Source: Terriglobia bacterium
Lineage (GTDB): Bacteria > Acidobacteriota > Terriglobia > Acidiferrales > UBA7541
Direction of reading: 5' to 3'
DNA length: 64,000 nt
NCBI GenBank assembly: GCA_963695545.1
Contig: OY968796.1
Location: 832,001-896,000 of the forward strand
Positions 29,197 to 38,959 of the stretch are shown piece by piece. Below the pieces are notes generated by a model. The model saw only the letters and a program-made list of their open reading frames with translations. It searched no databases and was not told where the DNA came from. Position numbers and translations under genes: made by a program. The first letter of the stretch is position 1. Each line of letters starts with the position of its first letter.

Positions 29197-30651
29197 TCAT
29201 GCGCAGCGCACGGGCACGGGCGCGTCCGCCGAAACACACGGCTCGGCGGCGAGGCCGGAGGGGGTGGCGGCGACGGCGCGCACTTCAATCATGCGATTCG
29301 CGGGCCACACGCCGGGCAATTGCACTTCAATGTTGTTGCTCGAGACGGCGGGCGTGACGCCGGAAGCGGCATCGCGCGGCGATGGGCGCAGCGTTAGCAC
29401 GGACAACGTGGCGCCGACGTGGCGCGCGAGGAATGCGGCCTTCTTCTCGGCGGCCAGTGCGCGCAACTCGCGCGCGCGACGCAGGATTTCGCGCGGCGCG
29501 ACTTGGCCGGGAAGCGCGGCGGCGGGCGTGCCAGGGCGCGGCGAAAATGAAAATACATGGAGATAGGTGAAGGGCTGGGCGCGCACGAAATCAAGCGTGG
29601 CGCGATGATCCTCTTCGGTTTCGTCGGGGAAGCCGGCGATCACGTCGGCGCCGATGGCGGCTTCCGGCAGCCACGCGGAAATCCATTCGAGGCGGCGCGC
29701 GTAATGCTCGGCGCGATACCAGCGGTGCATCGCGGCGAGAATGCGATTGGAGGCGGATTGCAGTGGAACGTGAAAATGGCGGGCGATGCGCGGCGTGGAG
29801 GCGACGAGAGCGACGAGGCCTTCGGTGACGTCCATGGGCTCGATCGAGCTCAAGCGCAGGCGCTCGAGGCGCGTTTCATCGAGAATGAGACGCAAGAGGC
29901 CGAGCAGATCGGCGCGCGGAACGAGATCGCGGCCGTAACTTCCGAGATGAATTCCGCTGAGCACGATTTCTCGATAGCCGCGCGCTACGAGAGCATTCAA
30001 TTCATCGACGACGCGCGCGGGCGAGAGGCTGCGGCTATTTCCGCGAACGTGTGGAATCACGCAGAAGGCGCAGCGATGATTGCAGCCGTCCTGAATCTTG
30101 AGAATGGGGCGGGTGTGCTGCGCTTCTCCGCCTTCGACGGGCGCGACGAGAACGTCGGTGAGCGTAGATACATCGCCGACGAGAATCCGCGCACGGTGCG
30201 GCGCGGGAACTGTGCTGGGGGCGCCACCCGGGAGGGCGAGCGACGCGAGTGGGACGAATGCGGCTCGGCCAGGCGCGAATGGAGCGGGGGACGATTCGCC
30301 GGCGTCGATCGCGGCACCGATTTCCGCGAGGCGCGGGATTTCGGGTTTGTGGGAATTGCCGACGACGAACGCTACGCCTGGCAACGCAGCGAGATCTTCG
30401 GGCGCGCGCTGGGCGTAACAACCGGTAGCGATGATGCGCGCGTCGGGATTCGCGCGATGAATGGCGCGAATCGCGCGGCGCGCCTGGGAATCGGCCGCGG
30501 CGGTGACCGTGCAGGTGTTCACGATCACGACGTCGGCGGCGGCGACGGCAGGGGCGCTATCGAAGCCGCGCGAGCGCAATTGACGCTCAATCGCGGCGGC
30601 ATCGGCCTGCGTGGCGCGACAACCGAATTGTTCGATGAAAAATGTGGCCAT
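29197..30651 (-). CDS. mtaB: tRNA t6A37 methylthiotransferase MtaB
   Basis: FGCR, NTCTVT..AD, TGCYAQ, KIQDGCNHRCAFC, RLSSIEP, HVFSFSPRPGT. Confidence 0.88.
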   Translation of the reverse strand: MATFFIEQFGCRATQADAAAIERQLRSRGFDSAPAVAAADVVIVNTCTVTAAADSQARRAIRAIHRANPDARIIATGCYAQRAPEDLAALPGVAFVVGNSHKPEIPRLAEIGAAIDAGESSPAPFAPGRAAFVPLASLALPGGAPSTVPAPHRARILVGDVSTLTDVLVAPVEGGEAQHTRPILKIQDGCNHRCAFCVIPHVRGNSRSLSPARVVDELNALVARGYREIVLSGIHLGSYGRDLVPRADLLGLLRLILDETRLERLRLSSIEPMDVTEGLVALVASTPRIARHFHVPLQSASNRILAAMHRWYRAEHYARRLEWISAWLPEAAIGADVIAGFPDETEEDHRATLDFVRAQPFTYLHVFSFSPRPGTPAAALPGQVAPREILRRARELRALAAEKKAAFLARHVGATLSVLTLRPSPRDAASGVTPAVSSNNIEVQLPGVWPANRMIEVRAVAATPSGLAAEPCVSADAPVPVRCA

Positions 30652-30683
30652 AGGGCGCGGCGTGCGGCTGCGCGAAGCCGTTC

Positions 30684-30692
30684 ATTATAGCA
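30684..30692 (-). promoter_or_regulatory. Extended -10 promoter for mtaB
   Basis: TGCTATAAT on the minus strand about 33 nt upstream of the start. Confidence 0.5.
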
Positions 30693-30774
30693 ACGCGCGC
30701 AGGCCGCGAGGCGGATTCCTATTGCCCGGCGCGCGCGTTCTGCCGCAAGATGCATTCTTCGCAATGCCACAGCT

Positions 30775-31167
30775 ATGCATCTGATCGCCATCGCGTTGGG
30801 AGCGTTTGTCGGCGTCCTGGTGGGATTTTTGGGCGTGGGCGGCGGCGTGGTGCTGGTGCCGGTGATGGTCTACCTGTTGCATTTCGACCAGCACACGGCG
30901 CAGGGAACATCGCTGCTGATGCAGTTGCCGCCGCTGGGGATCGGGGCGCTGCTGGTGTATTGGCGGCGTCGCGAAGTGGACGGGGTCGCGGGCGTGCTGT
31001 GCGCGGTGGGATTTCTGCTGGGCGGATACTTCGGGAGCGCGCTGGCGATCGGCATCGCTTCGCGGCCGCTGCGCGCGTACTTCGCAATCTTCCAGATGAT
31101 CGCCGCCGTGCTGCTGTGGAGACGCAAACCGGCGAAGCCCGTCGCGGGGGCAACCGATGTCGCTTAA
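30775..31167 (+). CDS. Half-size TauE/SafE (TSUP) transporter subunit
   Basis: GFLGVGGGVVLVP and QHTAQGTSL; 130 aa with about four transmembrane helices. Confidence 0.88.
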   Translation: MHLIAIALGAFVGVLVGFLGVGGGVVLVPVMVYLLHFDQHTAQGTSLLMQLPPLGIGALLVYWRRREVDGVAGVLCAVGFLLGGYFGSALAIGIASRPLRAYFAIFQMIAAVLLWRRKPAKPVAGATDVA

Positions 31168-31543
31168 GCAAGCGCTGCGCTGGGGAGCGATGCTCGCGGT
31201 GGCGTGCGGCGTGGGCGTGCTGGGCGGAATGTTTGGCCTGGGCGGAGGCACGATTCTGGTGCCGCTGCTGGTGCTGCTATTTTCCTTCGAGCAGCATCGC
31301 GCGCAGGGCACGACGCTGGTGGCACTGGTGCTGCCGACGGGTTTGCTGGGGTTCCTGAACTACGCGCGCGCGCACGAAGTGGACTGGATTTTCGGGCTGC
31401 TGCTGATGCCGGGCATTTTTGTGGGGAGCTACTACGGGAGCAGGCTCGCGCAGAAGCTGACGCCGCTCCGACTGCGCCGGGTGTTTGCGGCGCTGCTATT
31501 TGCATTGGGAGCCGTGCAATTGATCATCGCGTATTGGAAATAG
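31157..31543 (+). CDS. Half-size TauE/SafE (TSUP) transporter subunit
   Basis: GMFGLGGGTILVP and QHRAQGTTL; 128 aa; overlaps the preceding paralog. Confidence 0.88.
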   Translation: MSLKQALRWGAMLAVACGVGVLGGMFGLGGGTILVPLLVLLFSFEQHRAQGTTLVALVLPTGLLGFLNYARAHEVDWIFGLLLMPGIFVGSYYGSRLAQKLTPLRLRRVFAALLFALGAVQLIIAYWK

Positions 31544-31772
31544 CCGCGCTTCTCTCATCCTCTGGCATCGATCGTGCTCTCTTCTAAATGCGCGCTCCGT
31601 GCGGGTTCGCTCGGAATTCGCTTCGGTCACAACAATCGTGAGCGCACGTAACGCATCGTGAAGAAAACGGGCGAGAAGCGGGCGACGCGTACACCGGAGT
31701 TCGAGCGCGCGGCGGAGAGCGCGATTCTAGATTGGGACAAAAATTCAAAATGGCACTGATGGTGGTGTGCAC

Positions 31773-33059
31773 ATGAACGCCGATGGGACACTGACACGCT
31801 CGGTTAATTTCATGTGGCGCGCCGCGCTGACGGCGGCGCTGGCGTGTGCCGCGTGGGGCGCGGCGCGTATCGGCATTGGTGCGTGGTACGCGCGGCGCGG
31901 CAGCGAGCAAGACCTTGCGCGCGCCATGAAGTGGGCGCCCGAAAATGCCGAGAACGACGCGGCCCTGGCACAGCTCGATGAACTTGCCGGTGGCGCCGAC
32001 GGCGAAGCGCGGGCGCTCCAGTTGCGGCAACGCGCCACAACGCTCGAACCGGGCAATGCCATCTACTGGCTCGCGCGCGCCGTGAGCGAGGACGAAGCTG
32101 GCGTGCCCGAAAGCGCGGGGCCCGATTACCTGCGGGCGCGCGAACTGTTCCCGTTTTCGCCCGACGCGAACCGCGCACTCGGCGAATATTATTTGCGGCA
32201 GGGGCGCATCGACGACGCGCTTGATGCGCTGCGTTTCGCGATTGCGGCCGATCCCGGAATGCGGCCGGCGGTATTCGGCGAATTGTTGCGCGCAGGCGTC
32301 GGAGCGCGCGAGGTGCTCGAGCGCGGCGTGCCGCCGGATCGCGAGGCGCTGGTGGCCTATCTCGATGTGCTCGCCGCGGAGGGCGCGCTCGACGACGCCC
32401 ATATAGTGTGGACGCGCATCGAGACGCTCGGGGGAGCTACGCCACGGGACGCTGTTCAATCCGACGCGTTCCAATATATCGATGCGCTGATTCGATTCCG
32501 AAGGACCGCGGAGCTCGAAGCGGTGTGGGACGCGGCCGCGCCGGCGGAGGCTGCGGCGGCGCGAGCGTCCGGAAATTCGATCTCAAACGGCAGCTTTGAA
32601 GAGCCAATGCTGAACGCGGGCCTGGACTGGCGCGTGAATCCCGTGGACGGAGTGTTCGTGAGCGCGGACGCGAGCGAGGCGCAGGACGGCGCGCGCTCAC
32701 TGCGCATCGATTTTGGCGCGCCCGGGAATCTGGATTATCAACACACGGTCCAGTTCGTGCCGGTGGACGCCGATACAGATTACGAATTCAGCGGATACTT
32801 GCGCGCTGCGAATATTACGTCCGATTCCGGGCCGCGATTTGAGCTATACGATGTTGCCAATCCGCAGAATCTCGATATTTCAACGAGCGACGTTCGCGGA
32901 ACGACTGACTGGACGGCCGAGCGGCTGCGCTTTCACACGGGCGCGGATACGCACTTGTTGATCGTGCGCGTCGGGCGCCCGCCCAGCACGAGTTTCGATA
33001 ATCGCCTTTCGGGAACCGTGTGGATAAACAACGTGCGCCTTGCGAAAGCGGCGAATTAG
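31773..33059 (+). CDS. Membrane-anchored TPR protein with C-terminal carbohydrate-binding (CBM4/9-like) domain
   Basis: N-terminal hydrophobic segment, TPR-like helices, then ISNGSFE...GARSLRIDF...VWINNVRL beta-sandwich. Confidence 0.75.
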   Translation: MNADGTLTRSVNFMWRAALTAALACAAWGAARIGIGAWYARRGSEQDLARAMKWAPENAENDAALAQLDELAGGADGEARALQLRQRATTLEPGNAIYWLARAVSEDEAGVPESAGPDYLRARELFPFSPDANRALGEYYLRQGRIDDALDALRFAIAADPGMRPAVFGELLRAGVGAREVLERGVPPDREALVAYLDVLAAEGALDDAHIVWTRIETLGGATPRDAVQSDAFQYIDALIRFRRTAELEAVWDAAAPAEAAAARASGNSISNGSFEEPMLNAGLDWRVNPVDGVFVSADASEAQDGARSLRIDFGAPGNLDYQHTVQFVPVDADTDYEFSGYLRAANITSDSGPRFELYDVANPQNLDISTSDVRGTTDWTAERLRFHTGADTHLLIVRVGRPPSTSFDNRLSGTVWINNVRLAKAAN

Positions 33060-34501
33060 CGCCGGGCCCCGCGGCGTTCGGGCGCATCCGCATCTCCGCC
33101 GGAAAGCGTCCACGCCAAACCTGCAAGCACGGCAAACAACAGCGCGTTGGCCGGAATGTGCAGATTGAAATCGACGACCGCGTGCAACAGCATGGCGCAC
33201 AGGCCGCCGCAGCAACCCAGGAGCAGGAACCGGTCCGCCGAACGAGCCGTGTGTGCAATTCCTCGCAGTGCACGGAACAGAACGAAACCAATGAGAGCGC
33301 AGAGCAGCGCGGCGCCGGGCAAGCCCCACTCAGCGGCGAACTCAAGATAATCGTTGTGCGCGTGGTTCAGGCGCATCGTGAGATGCGACGATTGCACGCG
33401 CGTGAAGGCGTCCTCAAAACTGCCGGGGCCAGCGCCCCAATAAGGGTGCGCGCGGATGAGCTTTGCGGTGTCTTTCCATACGGCGACGCGCGAAGGCAAA
33501 TCCTGTTCGGCGGAGCGGAACCGCGTGAACACAGGCTCAAGACCGACCCAGGCGCCGGCCGCGAACGTGAGCACGACAAGACTCAGTACAATGGCCATGG
33601 CGACCGAACGCAACTGCCGACGCGCGACGCAAACCGCGGCGACGAGCAGGACGCCTGCCGAGGCCGTGGCTATCCCAGCGCGCGATCGCGAAAACAAGAG
33701 CGCGGTCATCAGCACGAGCGTGCCGAAGAGGTAGAAGGCAGCGCGCGGCCCGGCGTCTTCGCGCAGCCACAGGTCGCCGCGGCGACGAGATCCTCGCGAG
33801 TTACCGGTCCATTTCTCGAATTCCCATAGCGCGCGGGCCAAAACGAGCGGCAAGATCATTTCGATGAGGCCGGCGAAATTGTTGGGGTTGATATAAGTGC
33901 CGGTGGCCTGCGCGGTGTAATTGACTTTCGTGAACGCGAGAACTTCCTGCCAGCCGGTCATGTACTGGACAAGACCATAGAACGCCTCGGCCAGACCAAG
34001 CGCCACGAGAATTGCCCAGATGGAGCGGCGCGCTTCGGCGTCGCGCGCGGCGAGCGCGGCGAGCGTGAAACCGCACAGACAAGCGGCGACCGTCAATAAC
34101 TGAACGCGCGCGGGATATGCGGCGGGATGAACGACGGCGACGTCGCACGCCAAATAAATCAGCAGCAGCGCGGGGGCGGGCCACCAAATGCGCGGGCCTT
34201 CGCGAGGCTCGATCCAAAGCGCGCAACCCGCAAGAACGAACAGCAGAATTTCGACCGCCGCAAAGGAGGCGGGCTCCGTGCCGCCGAAGGCCAGAACCGC
34301 TGCGGCCACGGCGCCGACGAGCGCGGATGTGATGATGCGCCAAGAAATCGGCCGCGGATGTTCTACGGAAATTGGCCGAGAGCGGCGATGCGATTTTTCG
34401 GAAGATTGCATCGAGGCCGAATCCGCGGCGGCGCTTCCGTCCACCGCGCGTGACGCAGCCGACGCGGAGAGTCCGTGGCGCGGCTCACGATGCCTACGCA
34501 T
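33056..34501 (-). CDS. O-antigen ligase (Wzy_C) family protein
   Basis: GTYINPNNFAG, SRSRAG, G.GPGSF, HAHNDYLE; many transmembrane helices. Confidence 0.88.
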   Translation of the reverse strand: MRRHREPRHGLSASAASRAVDGSAAADSASMQSSEKSHRRSRPISVEHPRPISWRIITSALVGAVAAAVLAFGGTEPASFAAVEILLFVLAGCALWIEPREGPRIWWPAPALLLIYLACDVAVVHPAAYPARVQLLTVAACLCGFTLAALAARDAEARRSIWAILVALGLAEAFYGLVQYMTGWQEVLAFTKVNYTAQATGTYINPNNFAGLIEMILPLVLARALWEFEKWTGNSRGSRRRGDLWLREDAGPRAAFYLFGTLVLMTALLFSRSRAGIATASAGVLLVAAVCVARRQLRSVAMAIVLSLVVLTFAAGAWVGLEPVFTRFRSAEQDLPSRVAVWKDTAKLIRAHPYWGAGPGSFEDAFTRVQSSHLTMRLNHAHNDYLEFAAEWGLPGAALLCALIGFVLFRALRGIAHTARSADRFLLLGCCGGLCAMLLHAVVDFNLHIPANALLFAVLAGLAWTLSGGDADAPERRGARR

Positions 34502-35813
34502 GGTGTTCGCGCCGTGCGCAGTTTTGGGCCGAGCCCGCGAGCAGGCGCTCGAGCCGCGCCAGGACGCGTTCGCTTGCGAAATTTTCCTCAGCGAACGCGC
34601 GGCCACGGCGGCCCAGGCGCGCGCGCTCGCCGGAATCGTCGCGCAATCTCAGGATGGCTTCGGCGAGCGACGCCGCATCCTCAGGCGGCACGACGAAGCC
34701 GCCTCCGGAGCGTTCGATCGTTTGCGCCGCCTGACTGTGCCGGTGGGCCGCGGCGACGACGGGCCTGCCGGACGCGAGATAGGTGAGCAACTTCGAGGGA
34801 ATAACGGAATCACGCACGGCAGCGGACTGGCTAAGCAACAAGAGATCAGCCGCCGCCAGCATCGCGGGCAGGTCCGCGCGCGAAGCGAGGGGAAGAAAGC
34901 GCACGTTCGCGAGGCCGCGGCTTCGAGCCAGCGACTCAAGGCGTGGCCGATCGGCGCCATCGCCGACGAGGCAAATCGTGGTGTCCTGCGCGGCGCGCAA
35001 ATACGCAGCAGCCTCGAGCGCGACGTCGAGCTTTTGCTTTGCGCCCATGTTGCCGATGTGCAGCACAAGGAAATCGCGGCCGAGGTTGTGGGCGCGCCGA
35101 AATTCCCGGCCGGGCGCGCCGGGATGAATGAAACGCGTGTCCACCCAGTCCGGGACGACAACAATGCGTTCTGAAAGCACGCCGGAGCGAAGAACGTGTT
35201 CGCGAAATCCTTCGCAGATCACCAGAATGCCATCGGCACGGCGATAGAGAAAACGCTCGATCGCGCGCGCGAAGCCGATCGCGGCGCGATTGCGCAGCAT
35301 GCCGAGCGAGACAGCGAGATCGGGCACAAGATCCTTGATCTGCAGGAGAAAAGGAACGCCTCGGCTTCTGGCGATGGCCCATGCGGCGAGGCCGGCCTGC
35401 AATGGCGGCGAAATTCCGAATACGAGGTCCACGCGGCCGACCGCGAGGCCGGACAATCCGGCGGCAAGGCCGACCGAGGTATCGAAGACGATGCGGCGCG
35501 CGGGCGTTCGGTGCTTTGGAACCCAAATCCAGTGGCGGCGGACGGCGACTCCGGCGCGCTCTTCGCGAAATCCGAAGTGGCCGCGATAGGAAGGCGGCAC
35601 GCGCCATTCCGGATAGTGCGGCAGTCCCGTGGCCACGGTGACTTTGTGGCCGCAGGCGACCAGATATTCGCACAGCTCAGTGTTGAGCGGAGCAATGCCG
35701 GTGCTATCGGGCGCGTAGGAGCCGGTGACGGCGAGGACGTGCAGCTTGCGCGCGATCGCACGGTCGGCGGCGAGGCGCGGGAGATCGCGCGCGGCGACTG
35801 TGGTTGCGCTCAT
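34494..35813 (-). CDS. WcaI-like glycosyltransferase family 4
   Basis: YAPDSTGIA, PHYPEW, GNMGAKQ, PSKLLTYLASGRP; ATGA overlap with the upstream gene. Confidence 0.88.
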   Translation of the reverse strand: MSATTVAARDLPRLAADRAIARKLHVLAVTGSYAPDSTGIAPLNTELCEYLVACGHKVTVATGLPHYPEWRVPPSYRGHFGFREERAGVAVRRHWIWVPKHRTPARRIVFDTSVGLAAGLSGLAVGRVDLVFGISPPLQAGLAAWAIARSRGVPFLLQIKDLVPDLAVSLGMLRNRAAIGFARAIERFLYRRADGILVICEGFREHVLRSGVLSERIVVVPDWVDTRFIHPGAPGREFRRAHNLGRDFLVLHIGNMGAKQKLDVALEAAAYLRAAQDTTICLVGDGADRPRLESLARSRGLANVRFLPLASRADLPAMLAAADLLLLSQSAAVRDSVIPSKLLTYLASGRPVVAAAHRHSQAAQTIERSGGGFVVPPEDAASLAEAILRLRDDSGERARLGRRGRAFAEENFASERVLARLERLLAGSAQNCARREHHA

Positions 35814-38800
35814 TGTGGCGAAGCCGCGGCACGCGCGGAGCGGGCGACGGCCGGATCTTCTTTCCATGCGACCGCGCGCAAAGAATTTCCCCAGCGGCCA
35901 GCCAACAAATTCGCAGCGCGGAACGCCGCGCGAAACACGGCGCGCAAAGGGCGCGGTTCGAGAAATCGGTAGAAGCGAAACGTCCAGGGCTGGTAGTAGA
36001 TCAAGCTGCGGCGCATGCGCCAGCTTCGCGCGCCAGCTTCGCCGAACAGACGGACGAGGCGCGCGGGATCGAGGCGATAGACGAAGTTTCCGGCATCTTC
36101 GCACGCGCCCGATATGCCAAGACGTATGGAGAGATGCGTGAGCGCGGCATCGGCCGGCTCGGCGATCACCACGGCGCGACGGGCCACGCGAAACATTTCG
36201 CGCACGCCGCGATACGGATCGGAAAGATGATGCAACCCGTCGTGCACGAAAACAAAATCGAAGCTTGAATCGGCGAACGGAAGGTTTTCGGCGTCGCCGA
36301 CGACCAGATCGAGCGGGAAACCGAATCGCGCGGTGCGTTCGCGCGCGCGCGCGACAGCCGCGGGAGAAATATCCAGCGCGACAACGCGGCGGCCGGTGCG
36401 CGCAACCATTTCCGCTTCCATTCCGGAACCGCAGCAGATGACCAGCACGGTTTCCGCGGCCGCATTCGCCGGGAGCGCGGCGCTCGCGGCGGCGCTCGAT
36501 GCGTTGCGGCGATCGTCCGCGAGGCGCCACGCGTCGCGAATTTTGTAGTTCAATAGATAGCGAACCGGCTCGGGATAGCAGCGCGGGCGCGTGATTTCTT
36601 CCTCGGGGTCTACGCCTTCGCGGTAGAACTCCGCCTGGGCGGCGCGATTCGCGCCGGGCGCGGCGCCAGCGGAGTGCGCGGCTGTCTGTGATCGCCCAGC
36701 GGACGGAGCGACGACTCGAGCGGCGCGTTCACGGGCGCGCTGGCCGAGGCGAATCTCGTATTCCTTTACGCCCACTTGATACCAATAGAATGATTTGAGC
36801 GCGTTGTAGATGAAGCCCGCGCGGCCATCGAGGAAACCTCCGCGCGCGATGTAGGAATAGAAAAAATACAGCCACGGGCGGCCCGGCATGGCGAGAAACC
36901 AGCGCTTGAAGAAGCGGCGCCGCTCGACCTGCGATCCGGCCAGGAGCGGCCGAACTTCGCCCGATACATCTCGATGGCGATAGCGCGTGCGCAGCAGCGC
37001 TTCCCAATCGGAATAAATATTGTGGCGATCGAAGTGATGGTGCAGGTCCGCGAAATCGCGATGCAGGATCACTTCGCGCATGCGGCCCACGGAACCCGCA
37101 ACGCGCACCCATTCGTGAACCTCCACATCGTAGGCAGTGACTTCGGGGACGTCCACGGTCTCAAAGCGCGCGCAGGCGTGACGCACCAGACAAAGTTTCC
37201 AGAGCGGATCGCCGTGGCGCAACTTGCGGCCAAGGAAAAAATAGTGAAAGCGGATGAGAAAGCCGTCGTGCTCGGAGTCCCGGCGCACCACGCGGTCAAT
37301 CTCGACGCCGAGTTCGGGCGAGGCTTCCTCGTCGGCGTCGAGCAGAAGAACCCAATCGTGTTTCCAGGGATGATTTTCGAGCGCCCAGTTCCGTTTGCGT
37401 GGACCGCCCGGCTCGCGCGCGAACGGGACGACGGTGGCTCCATGAGCGCGGGCGATTTCCACGGTGCGGTCACCGCTCGAGGAATCCACGACGACCACTT
37501 CATCGGCCCAAGCCACGCTCGCCAGACACTTCGCCAGGTTCGATTCTTCGTTGCGCGTGGGAATCAGCACGGAGACGGGCACTCGATTGCCGGCCGCCGT
37601 TCGCGCGGCCGCCGGCTCGGCCGCGGAATTCGCGCTAGCGGTCGGGCTGTCGTGCGAATTGCTGGCGCGAGTGGGGCCGCTGCGGCCGGCGGCTGCGCCC
37701 TTACGGGAAATCTCCGCGTAGACTTCGAGAGTTTTCTCAGCCACCGCCGGCCACGTCCAGTTTTGCTCGACCCACGCGCGACCGTGCGCTCCCATGCGGC
37801 GCGCGGTCTCAGGGTCCTCAAGAAGAGTCTCGATCGCGCGTGTGGCGGCTTCGGCTTCGCAAGGAACCACGATGCCGGCTTCGGCCCGCGCGATTTCCGG
37901 CCAGATATTCACGCGATCGGAAATCACCACGGCGGCGCCTGCGGCCATGGCTTCGGCAACCACGTTGCCGAAATTTTCCGAGTACGAGAGCAGCGCGAGC
38001 AATCGCGCGCGACGCAGCAGCGCGACGCGTTCCGAGCCCTGGAGCGGTCCGAGAAACGTGGTGCGATCGAGCACGCCGGCATCGCGCAGCCACGCCTGCA
38101 CCTTCGCGCCGTAGCCGGGGCTTTCAGGGCCCGCGAGCACCAGGCGCGCTTTTCGATTTGCGCGCGCCACGGCGCCGAAAGCGCGCGCCAGCAAATCCAG
38201 GCCTTTTTTGAAATCGATGCGCCCGAAATAGACCACCAGCGGAGAATTTCCGAGATGCTGGAGTTTCTGCGCCATGCGCTGGTCGGCATCGGGCACGGGC
38301 TCGCGAAACCATTCTTCGTCGACACCGCCCGGAACGATGAATCCCCGCGGGCCAGCAGGCGCCGCGCTCTGCGCAGTGCCCGAACCCGTCGCGAGGCGCA
38401 TTTCTTCGGCGGAGTTGAACAGGATGCCCGCAGCGCGACTCCAACATGTGTTTCCAACCAAGCGCGCGTAGACGCGTTTGCGCAGGGGACGGTGCCGCAG
38501 CAGAAATGGATCGAGCGAACCGTGTGGATGCAACAGATACGGTGTGCCGCGCGCGCGGCAGGCGCGCGCCGCCGCCCACACCCAATGACCGTAGTAAGAC
38601 GAGATCTGAACCACGTCGAATTCGCCGACCGTGCGCGCGAGCGCGCCCGCGAGACTGGGCGCGACCTTAAATTCGCGCGGATGCGCCCAAGCGGAAAAAT
38701 AGCGAATGCGAAATCCATCGACAACCTGCGGCTGCTCGAGTGGAACGTGCATGCGCAGCGGGCCATCGGCGTCGGTCGCGTAGATCGTCACCTGGTGGCC

Positions 38801-38893
38801 GCGCTGGGCCAGAGCCCGGCAAAGCGCGGGGCAGGAGATCGAAGGCCCGCCGTATCGCGGCGCGAGACTGCCGATGACTTGTAGAATGCGCAT
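35810..38893 (-). CDS. Three-domain fusion: GT4 + GT2 + class I SAM methyltransferase
   Basis: GT4 (GRIDFKKG, ENFGNVVAEAMAAG), GT2 (SVLIPTRNEE, LLLDADE) and MTase (ICCGSG, GDAENLPF, DGLHH) in one 1027-aa frame. Confidence 0.88.
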   Translation of the reverse strand: MRILQVIGSLAPRYGGPSISCPALCRALAQRGHQVTIYATDADGPLRMHVPLEQPQVVDGFRIRYFSAWAHPREFKVAPSLAGALARTVGEFDVVQISSYYGHWVWAAARACRARGTPYLLHPHGSLDPFLLRHRPLRKRVYARLVGNTCWSRAAGILFNSAEEMRLATGSGTAQSAAPAGPRGFIVPGGVDEEWFREPVPDADQRMAQKLQHLGNSPLVVYFGRIDFKKGLDLLARAFGAVARANRKARLVLAGPESPGYGAKVQAWLRDAGVLDRTTFLGPLQGSERVALLRRARLLALLSYSENFGNVVAEAMAAGAAVVISDRVNIWPEIARAEAGIVVPCEAEAATRAIETLLEDPETARRMGAHGRAWVEQNWTWPAVAEKTLEVYAEISRKGAAAGRSGPTRASNSHDSPTASANSAAEPAAARTAAGNRVPVSVLIPTRNEESNLAKCLASVAWADEVVVVDSSSGDRTVEIARAHGATVVPFAREPGGPRKRNWALENHPWKHDWVLLLDADEEASPELGVEIDRVVRRDSEHDGFLIRFHYFFLGRKLRHGDPLWKLCLVRHACARFETVDVPEVTAYDVEVHEWVRVAGSVGRMREVILHRDFADLHHHFDRHNIYSDWEALLRTRYRHRDVSGEVRPLLAGSQVERRRFFKRWFLAMPGRPWLYFFYSYIARGGFLDGRAGFIYNALKSFYWYQVGVKEYEIRLGQRARERAARVVAPSAGRSQTAAHSAGAAPGANRAAQAEFYREGVDPEEEITRPRCYPEPVRYLLNYKIRDAWRLADDRRNASSAAASAALPANAAAETVLVICCGSGMEAEMVARTGRRVVALDISPAAVARARERTARFGFPLDLVVGDAENLPFADSSFDFVFVHDGLHHLSDPYRGVREMFRVARRAVVIAEPADAALTHLSIRLGISGACEDAGNFVYRLDPARLVRLFGEAGARSWRMRRSLIYYQPWTFRFYRFLEPRPLRAVFRAAFRAANLLAGRWGNSLRAVAWKEDPAVARSARAAASPQ

Positions 38894-38959
38894 GGTTTTT
38901 TATCTGCCCGTCAATTCTCCGTGGCTTGCCATTTCTCCGAGGCTCGTCCGATTCGCAGA

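Noticed and set aside
31751..31770. TGGCAC as a sigma54 site for the TPR gene
   Set aside because: No GC at the -12 position (GG-N10-GG) and too close to the start codon.
34494..36530. 678-aa version of the WcaI-like ORF
   Set aside because: The N-terminal extension overlaps the MTase domain of the triple fusion in another frame; the start is 35813.
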